From NCBI GenBank assembly GCA_021413925.1, contig JAIOPL010000002.1, positions 9,655-73,654 of the forward strand: a stretch of 64,000 nt of DNA, read 5' to 3'. Below are positions 40,014 through 49,000 of this stretch, piece by piece; within the stretch, counting starts at the first letter, position 1; each line of letters starts with the position of its first letter. The position numbers and the translations under genes are program-made. A model generated the notes under the pieces. It saw only the letters and a list, made by a program, of their open reading frames with translations. It was not told where the DNA came from and did no database searches. Origin of the DNA: Verrucomicrobiota bacterium. GTDB taxonomy: Bacteria; Verrucomicrobiota; Verrucomicrobiia; Chthoniobacterales; UBA6821.

Positions 40014-43000
40014 ATGACCTTAGCGGCTCCAGAGAACAAGAGAACGGACACCTTCTCCCTCTCGAAGAAGTTCCGAGTTTCATTTCTTGTGTCTTGCTTG
40101 CTCTGTAGCGGTTGGATCTTCGGAGGATGGAACCTCAGAGCCGATACCTACAACATCGGCAACACCAATAACCTTTATCTCGGATTCTATTCGGCGGATT
40201 CGGTCTCTCCCAAGAGTCTGCTGATCAACCTGGGAACCCGGGCAAACATTCTTTCCGGTTTCAATCTCGACTTCAGCAGTGCCAGTTCCATCATCGCCCA
40301 GACTTATGGATCAGGTTGGTTCTCCAGTGCTGATGTCTACTGGAGTGTGATCGGTTACAGCGCCAATGCGAATGTCTGGGCTGGTAAGGCAGATGCCGCG
40401 GGCGATCTGACTACTGTAAGTGGAACAAGAATCACCGGATCCGGATCCGGAAACCAATACGCCTCCATTGTTAACGCCGTCAACAGCCTGATGGTAACGG
40501 CCACTGAGGGAGGAGCAACAAGAACGTCTGCCACGAGTGGAACAAACACCTATGGGGTTTCGATTGTTGACAACTCTGCATCCTCTTTCAGCGGATATGC
40601 CGGCAAGGCATCTCCTTGGAACGCCTTCACTCAGCCGGTTATCACCCCACTTGCGACGGGAGGGCTTGATATCCAGGAGTGGACCAAGGTCGGTACATCT
40701 TACACTAATCAGACTACTATCGGCATGGTGATGCAATCCGGTGGGATTATCTCAATCTCAGGGGTTTCGACGAGCAGTGTCTATTCCGGACCATGGCTCT
40801 GGGTAGGCTCCGACGGATCGTGGGGGAATTCCAACAACTGGCAGAGCAATGCGATTGCCACCAATGGTCGCTCCGTAGGGATCACCGGCTCTGCAGGTGG
40901 CACGATCACCAATGATACTGTCACCACTCTCGGTAGCCTCACCTACAGCAACGGGGCCGGATCCTTCACCCTGACCGGTACGAATGCTGGGCAGACCCTG
41001 ACAATCTCAGACGGCATCACCAATAACTCGGCGGCGACACAGACGATCTTCCTCGGACTGAACACGACCTCCAACCAGACCTTCAACGCCGCCTCTGGAA
41101 ATCTGACCCTCGGTGCGATCTCTAACACCGCGGCCCTCACCATGCAGGAATCAGCAGGCAGGGCAATCACGGTGAATGGCGCGATCAGTGGAGCAGGATC
41201 ATTGATCCAGTCGGGATCGGGAACGCTCAACCTCAATGCCTCCAACAGCTACAGCGGAGGGACGACGCTCAACGGGGGAACGGTGGTGGCAGGGAACAGC
41301 GCCTCCTTCGGAAGCGGCGGCATCTCGGTGGCCTCCAATGCGGTGATCGCCGCCGGCGCGCAGGGGCTCTCCATCACAAACACGCTGAATCTCACGGCCG
41401 GATCCACCGCCACCATCGATTCCGCCTCCAATTCGATGTCCATCTCGGGAGCCATCACAGGGAGCGGCTCGCTTGCCAAGGCCGGTACAGGGACACTCTC
41501 GATCTCTGGAAACAGCCCTGCCTTCTCCGGAGCCACGGCCGTGAATGCTGGTCGTCTTCAGGTGAGTGGAAATCTGGGAACGGGGACGGTCACCGTGGGC
41601 TCCGGTGCATCATTATCCGGCACCGGATCGGTCGGCGGCATCTCCGTGTCCCCAGGCGGAACGATCATGGCCGGCACGGACTCATCAATCGGAACCCTTA
41701 CCATTACGGGGAACGGAATCTGGAACGGAGGGGGAATTTACAATTGGAAGATCTCCGACGCTAACGAAAGCGCTGGAGTCGGCTACGATACACTTGCGAT
41801 CGGGGGAGCTCTCAATCTCTCCGGAGTCACCTCCAGCAACAAATTCCAGATCAATCTCTGGTCCTTGGGCGGGAATGCCGCCAACTTCAACAAGGATGCC
41901 GACGGGGCTTGGAAGATCGCCTCCTTTGATTCGTTCTCGGGAAACTTTTCCACCAACCTCTTCTCCGTCAACCTCGGGGCAACCAATGGTTCAGGAGGAT
42001 TCCTTAACGCCCTGAACGGAAGCTTCAGTCTGACCACCTCGGCCAACGCCCTCTTCCTCTCCTACAAGACACTTGCCGCCACCGATACCGGGGGGATCTG
42101 GTCGGGAGGCTCCGGAAATCTTTCGGGAATCACCAATGGCTCCCTGCTTCAGTTCACCGGTTCCGGGGGATCTGTCACCAATCAGTCCGTCACCAATGTG
42201 ACCGGGATCTCTTACGCTGTCACGGCGGGAGGCTACACCCTCTCCGGTACAAATCTTACGCTTTCGGGCAGTGTGACGAATTCTTCCACCGCCCAGCAGA
42301 CCATCTCCTCGGCAGTGAGACTTGCCACCAACGCGGTTCTGCAGGCCCAGAACGGGGCCATTCTGATCGGCGGAAGCATTGATCTCTCCTCCAACAATCT
42401 CACGGTCTCTGGTGCTCGGCAGTCCACGCTGGCCGGTGACATTGCCGGATCGGGCACACTCATCAAGCAGGGAACCGGCTCGCTTGTGCTGACGGGGGTC
42501 TCCTCCAATGCCGGTGGTCTCGCCGTGGAGTCTGGTAGGACGATCCTCTCGGGAGGTGATGACAGGCTCTCATCCAACGGGAGGCTCTCGGTATCGAGTG
42601 GTGCAGTCGTGGACCTCGGCACCACAAGCCAGCGCTTCGAGGCGCTCTCCGGTTCCGGCACCATCACGGGTGGAAGCGGATCGATCACCCTTGCCCCCTC
42701 CAACTCCATCTCCTATGCGGGAACAATCGAGGGGCAGAAAGCCCTGATCCAGAAAGGCGCCGGAACGACCACGCTCACGGGAAGCAATAGCTACACGGGG
42801 GGGACACTGGTGAATAACGGAACCCTTATTGCCTCGAATGCTTTCGCCCTCGGATCGACAAACGGATCGCTGAATGTCGCCGGTGGGGCCTTGAATCTCG
42901 GGAGCTTCAACCAGAGGGTCGGCTCCGCCACGCTCACTTCGGGATCGATCGGAAACGGCACGCTCACGGCCTCGTCAGGTGTGACGGTCACAGGCAACTC

Positions 43001-44546
43001 CAACTCAACGATCAGCGCCACACTCGCCGGCAGTGGCGGGCTGACCAAGTCGGGTTCCGGCACTCTGAGTCTCGCCTCGGCCCTGCCCTCCGGTTCGGTC
43101 CGGATCACGGGTGGCACCCTGCAGAGCAGTGCCTCCGTGATTGGTTCCGCCACCAACGCCCCGGCCGGCGTGTCGGTGAGTAGCAATGCCGTCTGGACGA
43201 ACAGTGGCCAGCTCACGGTCGGAGGATCGGGCTCGGGTTCGCTGACGGTCGGATCCGGCGGGACGGTTTCGGCATCCGGCCTCCTTATTGCCTCCAACGC
43301 CACATCCAGGGGAACGGTCACGCTTGGAGATAGCAACGGGGTCGGTTCCTTGGCGCTTGGCAATGGATCGATCACCTTCGGGGCGGGAACAGGAAACTTG
43401 ATCTTCAACCAGAGAGGGGCTCTGACGGTTTCCAACTCCATCTCCAGCCTCACCTCGGGAAGGGGAACCATCACCAGTTCAGGCTCGGGCACCACCACCT
43501 TGACCGCCAACAATAGCCGATTCTCCGGGACGACATCTCTCTCCGCTGGAACCCTCGTGCTGGGTGCCGGGTCTCAGTTGGGGGGGGGCGTGAATGTGGC
43601 CAACAGGAACGCATTCTTCGCCCTCAATACCAACTCGGTACTAACAAGCACCAACGCCGTCCATGCGGTTGCGGGTCTTCTGCTCGATAACTCAGGGATG
43701 GCATTCAAGGACTCGATCAAGGGATCCGTGGCCCTTTCCTCGACGGGTGTGCTCCAGAAGACCTACGCCACCAACCAGTCGGTCGCCGGATTCGGGGCGG
43801 GTATCGGTTCTGGCAAATCCTTCTCGATCCTTGCAGGGACGGCTTCTGATAATTGGGTGACTAATCGCGTCACCAACAATTCGAGTGTGACCACCAATGT
43901 GGTCAATGCGCCGGTTCTCCAAGCGAAGATCGTCAATGGTCAGTTGGATTTCCACGGGACCACCACCAACGCCATCGTGATGTCGATGAAGGATCCGTCC
44001 TACAGCACCATCAGGAACCAGATCCAGTGGTATAATACGAATTCCGGCACCTGGATGAACACCACAGCTGGCAACACGGGTAATGTGACCAATGCAGCTA
44101 TCAGCGGCATGAATGGAAGGAGCTTTGCTGGGACTTTTGACAGCTTCCTGTTGTCTGTTAATACGAACTCAGCAATCAACTGGGGTAATCTTGAACTTGT
44201 GGATAGACAAAATCAAGGTGTCGTCGGAAGCCTTCTCGATGAATTGAATTTGCGCGGTGCCGGTATCAATACCTATCTCGCTAAGATCATGGGGGCCTTT
44301 GGATACGACAATGCCACCAAGACCTCCTGGGCAGTCATCAACCACAACAGTATCTTCGGCGATGGATTGGCGACCTTTAGCAATGCCGATCTCTTGAACG
44401 ATCCCGTGGCAGCCGACATCTCGGTGTTCTCACCTGCATCAGGTTCGGTCACTATACAGGCTGTGCCTGAACCGAGCACCTGGGCTCTGCTAATCCTGGG
44501 AGGATTGGCTCTCGGTATGGTTTTGAGAGTGTGTCGCCAGAAATAA
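40014..44546 (+). CDS. Giant PEP-CTERM surface protein with autotransporter-associated beta-strand repeats
   Basis: 1510 aa. The N-terminal domain is paralogous to 39164-39919. Many 'G(S/T)GTL.L.G.N.Y.GGT.' repeats follow, and the C-terminus is 'VPEPSTWALLILGGLALGMVLRVCRQK'. Confidence 0.85.
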   Translation: MTLAAPENKRTDTFSLSKKFRVSFLVSCLLCSGWIFGGWNLRADTYNIGNTNNLYLGFYSADSVSPKSLLINLGTRANILSGFNLDFSSASSIIAQTYGSGWFSSADVYWSVIGYSANANVWAGKADAAGDLTTVSGTRITGSGSGNQYASIVNAVNSLMVTATEGGATRTSATSGTNTYGVSIVDNSASSFSGYAGKASPWNAFTQPVITPLATGGLDIQEWTKVGTSYTNQTTIGMVMQSGGIISISGVSTSSVYSGPWLWVGSDGSWGNSNNWQSNAIATNGRSVGITGSAGGTITNDTVTTLGSLTYSNGAGSFTLTGTNAGQTLTISDGITNNSAATQTIFLGLNTTSNQTFNAASGNLTLGAISNTAALTMQESAGRAITVNGAISGAGSLIQSGSGTLNLNASNSYSGGTTLNGGTVVAGNSASFGSGGISVASNAVIAAGAQGLSITNTLNLTAGSTATIDSASNSMSISGAITGSGSLAKAGTGTLSISGNSPAFSGATAVNAGRLQVSGNLGTGTVTVGSGASLSGTGSVGGISVSPGGTIMAGTDSSIGTLTITGNGIWNGGGIYNWKISDANESAGVGYDTLAIGGALNLSGVTSSNKFQINLWSLGGNAANFNKDADGAWKIASFDSFSGNFSTNLFSVNLGATNGSGGFLNALNGSFSLTTSANALFLSYKTLAATDTGGIWSGGSGNLSGITNGSLLQFTGSGGSVTNQSVTNVTGISYAVTAGGYTLSGTNLTLSGSVTNSSTAQQTISSAVRLATNAVLQAQNGAILIGGSIDLSSNNLTVSGARQSTLAGDIAGSGTLIKQGTGSLVLTGVSSNAGGLAVESGRTILSGGDDRLSSNGRLSVSSGAVVDLGTTSQRFEALSGSGTITGGSGSITLAPSNSISYAGTIEGQKALIQKGAGTTTLTGSNSYTGGTLVNNGTLIASNAFALGSTNGSLNVAGGALNLGSFNQRVGSATLTSGSIGNGTLTASSGVTVTGNSNSTISATLAGSGGLTKSGSGTLSLASALPSGSVRITGGTLQSSASVIGSATNAPAGVSVSSNAVWTNSGQLTVGGSGSGSLTVGSGGTVSASGLLIASNATSRGTVTLGDSNGVGSLALGNGSITFGAGTGNLIFNQRGALTVSNSISSLTSGRGTITSSGSGTTTLTANNSRFSGTTSLSAGTLVLGAGSQLGGGVNVANRNAFFALNTNSVLTSTNAVHAVAGLLLDNSGMAFKDSIKGSVALSSTGVLQKTYATNQSVAGFGAGIGSGKSFSILAGTASDNWVTNRVTNNSSVTTNVVNAPVLQAKIVNGQLDFHGTTTNAIVMSMKDPSYSTIRNQIQWYNTNSGTWMNTTAGNTGNVTNAAISGMNGRSFAGTFDSFLLSVNTNSAINWGNLELVDRQNQGVVGSLLDELNLRGAGINTYLAKIMGAFGYDNATKTSWAVINHNSIFGDGLATFSNADLLNDPVAADISVFSPASGSVTIQAVPEPSTWALLILGGLALGMVLRVCRQK

Positions 44547-44625
44547 TCCCCCGGATGGCGCTAACAAAAGTTAGGAAATAGAGGGAAGATCGGGATAATT
44601 TTTTGCATATAAAAAAATACGCACG

Positions 44626-45366
44626 ATGCCTCGAAAATCACTCTTGATGTTGCTGATTGGGCTAGCGCTAGCGTCGATTGGAACACTTTTTATCCTGTGC
44701 AGTGATCCAACAAGCTCTGCAACTTCCTCCGTCGACCTAACCGACGATAGGGCATCCGGGCGGCATGGAACGCAGGGAGATATCGTTCAGGCGACCCGCA
44801 GGGAGGACAAGAAAACCTTTCCAAGATTCAACGACGCCATCCAAGGCAATACCAAGGAAATGGCTCTTGAACCGAATCAGAGACGGGTACGTGATGTGAG
44901 CGGTATCACAATCAGCAACCCGCTACCTTCACCGATCCCAACGACATCCCAGCTAAAGGTTCAGGAAGGCGTGCCACCGGTTGGAGACCAATTGCAATCG
45001 TCTGAAATGGAGAGAAGTTCTCGCGCGTCGCGATCGGCTAACTTTTCGAACGCTTCTGCGTTAGCAACAACCCCATCCTCAGGAAGCACTTCAACCCAAC
45101 CGATGTCTGGCGATCAGTCCTCCTCAGTGGATGTAACTCTCGAGAAGCCTCCTTTCTACAGCGTGGATCAGGAGCAAGTAGCAAAGATGAGTCCGGAAGC
45201 TCAGCAGGCTTATGCCGGAATCCAGCAGAGTTACATCGATTTTTACAATGAGTGGAAGAATCATTATCCGAATGATCCTCGGAACTGGAATGAGCAAATG
45301 AAGAAATTTCACTTCCAGATGCTCCTTCAACTGGGCTCAAGAGAGGTGGATCGTATCCTCAGATGA
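44626..45366 (+). CDS. Membrane-anchored Ser/Thr/Gln-rich protein, unknown function
   Basis: One N-terminal TM helix, a low-complexity middle and a helical C-terminal ~80 aa. Confidence 0.5.
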   Translation: MPRKSLLMLLIGLALASIGTLFILCSDPTSSATSSVDLTDDRASGRHGTQGDIVQATRREDKKTFPRFNDAIQGNTKEMALEPNQRRVRDVSGITISNPLPSPIPTTSQLKVQEGVPPVGDQLQSSEMERSSRASRSANFSNASALATTPSSGSTSTQPMSGDQSSSVDVTLEKPPFYSVDQEQVAKMSPEAQQAYAGIQQSYIDFYNEWKNHYPNDPRNWNEQMKKFHFQMLLQLGSREVDRILR

Positions 45367-45494
45367 TCGGGATCGTGGAAGGAAACTAAGGAAGGATCAG
45401 TCCTAGTAGTGAGGGTTGAAGTTGAAAATCGGGCCAAGCGAATCGGGGAGGATTTGAACCGCCAAGTGCTATCCAAGGGGAGAGATGGGTAATC

Positions 45495-45624
45495 GGGAAT
45501 AGGAGATAGGAAATAGGGAAATAGGGAAATAGGGAAATAGGGAATACCGAGCCGTGGGAACGGCTTGGATAGACTACCGAAGGTAGCCCCGCAGGGGTGA
45601 GACAAGGGGGAACGAGCGACTCAA
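45495..45624 (+). repeat. GGGAAATA-word array plus two-hairpin core, GAA subtype, copy 2
   Basis: GGGAAATA occurs 3 times perfectly (45516-45539) with degenerate flanks. HP1 is agccg-tgggaa-cggct (45550-45565). HP2 is ctacc-gaa-ggtag (45574-45586). The tail runs to 45624. Confidence 0.85.
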
Positions 45625-45725
45625 TGCCTGGCACATTATCTCGATAAACCTCACCGCAGTACCCTTGACTTCCCCTTCACCCTTCCTGTCCATCCCATTT
45701 GACGCCACTTTGCTCCCGCAAAGCA

Positions 45726-45786
45726 GTGGCGCCCTCCGGGCTACGACGATGTCGTAGTCTACCGCGACAGTTCCCACTATCTTGGT
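45726..45786 (-). repeat. Two-hairpin core, ATC-triloop variant, copy 4 (inverted orientation)
   Basis: On the + strand HP2 reads ctacgac-gat-gtcgtag (45741-45757) and HP1 reads gacag-ttccca-ctatc (45766-45781). Confidence 0.8.
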
Positions 45787-46014
45787 TTCAAACTTCTAAC
45801 TCCCATCTTCCTCGGGTTGATTCCTCCAGCCCTCGACCCTCGACGCTCGTCCCTCGACTTCAATCTCCAATCTTCAAACTTCTATATTCCGCGCCCCAGG
45901 CGCTCCCTTCGCCGGCACTTGGTGGTAGAAACTGCAGGCTGCAGATCTCCTTTTCTTTTATGTCGGAATTGTAACACTTGAAATCCCCTTTTTAGGGTAG
46001 TCTATACGATCAGA

Positions 46015-49000
46015 ATGAGGATTTTTCACCAGTTCACCGAAGGGCTTCGTCGCTTGTTGCGAAGAGGGCCTCATGCTGCTGAAAACGCACCTCTTCAAAC
46101 AAGATCCAAGTCTCGGCTGAGAAACTCTCACCCCATGATTGGATTCCTGGCTCTGATTCAGGCGGTTTTGGTTGTTTTCTCGGTAAGCTCACCTCTCCTC
46201 GCCATCACGATGGGAGAGGTTCGTTCCGGAGTTGTGCCGGGTCAGTCCGGGGGACGCGGTTCGGCCTCCAATCTCCAGAACGCGGGAGCCGCCTCTGCCG
46301 CCATGACGGCGACTTTGGCACGCCAGTCGATCCAGCGGAGTGACATGGCGGTGGGGGCGATGAGGGCCATGCAGCAGAATGCGGCGGCTGCGGCCAGGGC
46401 GGCTGTGCTAGCCGGCACCAGTGTCCTTCCCAACGGCCTCGCGGTCAACTGGCTTCATCCCCACGACGGTTTTGATGGAAACGGAAAGCCCCTTACCACC
46501 TCATGGAGGGGAGCCTCCATCAATGCAGAAAAGACCGGTCTTCAATCCTCGGGAGACCACAACGTCGAGATCACTCAGTCTGAGCAGAACGCCTATCTCT
46601 ACTGGAAGAATTTCAATGTCGGGCCGCGGACGACCATCAACTTCGACCAGAGCAAGGGCGGTGCCGATGCTGGAAAGTGGATCGCCTTCAACAAGATCAC
46701 CGGCAACGCCTCCCCCTCCAGTATCTATGGCAAGATCACGGCACAGGGACAGGTCTATATCCTCAACCAGAACGGAATCATGTTCCACAACGGCTCCGAG
46801 GTGAATGTCCATGCCCTGGTCGCCTCGACACTGCCAATCAATCCCTACTTCGCAGGTGATCCCATGAACGGGATCGAGGGGCGCGGGTTGCTCAATAACA
46901 CCGACTACCAGTTCCTCTTCTCGGCTCTGAAACTTTCTTCATCGCAGAATTATCCGGAATCCTGGGATCCGGGAAACGGCACTCCGATTGCCGCTTCCGC
47001 AATCGGGGGCCTGAAGGTGGAAAAGGGTGCCTTGATCTCCACAGCAAAGCCTAATGGGGGAACTGGAGGGCGCGTGATGCTCGTGGGACCGAATGTGCAA
47101 AACGATGGCACTATTTCCACTCCCGATGGACAGACCATTCTTGCGGCCGGCCTTCAGGTGGGGGTGAATGCGCATCCTTCATCAGACCCCAGTCTTCGCG
47201 GGTTGGATGTCTATATAGGTCGTGTTGTGGATGATGCGGACAAGACTGCGGGAAAATCCTTCTCCACCGACCAATCGGGAACCCGGGTCGGCACGGTTGT
47301 GAACAATGGCCTAATCGAGATGCCTCGAGGCCATGCCGCGATGGTTGGTCGGGATCTTATACAGAACGGCATCATCGAGAGTTCCACCTCGGTCACACTG
47401 AATGGCAGGGTGGATCTCCAGGCGGTCTACAATGCGGTGGTGCCCGTATCCACGGGGTTCAGTCCCTACTGGTATGACCAGACCCTGCCGGGGGGCACCA
47501 CGGGAAGTATTCTACTGGGCTCCTCGGGCATGATCAGGATTCTTCCCGAGACATCGAGTGCCGAAACCTTGCCGGGCACCAAGGTCTCGCTTTCCTCAAT
47601 GATTGCCATGATGGGAAACTCGGTGAGGGCCGAAGGGGGCTCCATCGTTCTGGCTCCAGGTGCCAAACCGATAACCGGTGACGCAACCGAAAATATTTAT
47701 TATGATATGACGAGATCGGCTCGGAATCCTTCCGGGGATTCATCAAGTGTTCCGGCACGGCTCGAATCGGGGATCAGCATCACTGCCGGAAACTGGTATC
47801 GCCCCGCTACCCAGCAATTCGGGATGTTTGTCACCGGTGCGGTGGGCACCTCTGCCGAAGGGAAAATCACGCTGGATCCGGGAAGCCTGATCAGTGTCGC
47901 GGGTTCCACAGGAACCGAGATCGACGGGGCCAGGAATTTCCAGACGATCGAGTTGCGCGGGCCGGAATTGGCCGACTTCCCCTTGCAGAGGGAGAGTGTT
48001 TTCCGCGGGAAGAAAATCACGATCGATACTAGAATTACTGGAACCTTCGAAGGGAGGGATTGGGTGGGAACTCCGTTGGGCAACGCAGCAGGCTACGTGA
48101 GCCTCATCGGCAAGACTGCAGGGGAGTTGACGGCGGATGGAGGAAGCATCGCCCTGCGGGCTGGTGATCGCGTGGATGTAGGAAGGGGTGCCGTTCTGGA
48201 TGTCTCGGGAGGCTGGGTCAGGTTTAGCGAAACCACATACGCCACCACGAAATTGCTCTTCAATGGATTGCCCATCGATATCTCCAAGGCCACGCCGGAC
48301 ATGGTTTACGAAAGGGTTGTTGAAAATGCGGGAAGCATGACGGAAATCCCCTACTATGAGGGGGGAAGTGGAGGAAGTCTCACGATCCAAGCACCGAGGA
48401 TGAGTCTGGAGGGAACGATGAGGGGTGGAGTCGTGACCGGTGCCCGCCAACTCCGTTCTGTCTCCGGGGATATGCATCTTCCCGATCCCGCTTCCCTGAA
48501 TCTCGCGATCCTTCAAAGCAGGATTTACTCAGGTGCATCGCTTGTTCCCGACTCCCCCTATGCACCGCAGTTGGTCATTGGATCAGCCGGGTCATCCGCT
48601 TCCGGCGTCATCAATCAGATCAGGCTCGATTCCGGAATCTTCGGGAGTGGTGGATTCGGCCACCTCTCGGTTCTCAATCACGATGGATCAATCCTGCTCC
48701 CCCGGGGTGTCAGCCTCGATCTTGGACCTGCGGGATCCGTGAATCTGTTAGCTTCCTCCCTTGCCATCGATGGCACGGTATCGGCTCCCGGCGGCAGGAT
48801 CTCCCTGAGCGCCTACAATGTCAGTTATGACGATCTGATCCTCTTGGACGGGGCCAACTCGTCCCGCTTTAAGGCATATGACTCAACGGGAATCATTAGA
48901 ATTGGCAGTTCCTCGATTCTCAGCACTAGGGGGTTGGTGGCCAATGATTTCACGGATCGATCGCTGGCCGGTACGGTGATGCTGGACGGTGGAAGTGTCT

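Noticed and set aside
45445-45466. tRNA-like T-arm (complement reads ggcgg-ttcaaat-cctcc followed by ccgattc), considered as a tRNA gene or an att-site remnant of island integration.
   Set aside because: The T stem has a central mismatch. No anticodon or D arm can be folded from the flanking sequence. It does not match the 3' end of the only tRNA in the window (tRNA-Val at 14.4 kb). It is more likely another hairpin of the repeat family.
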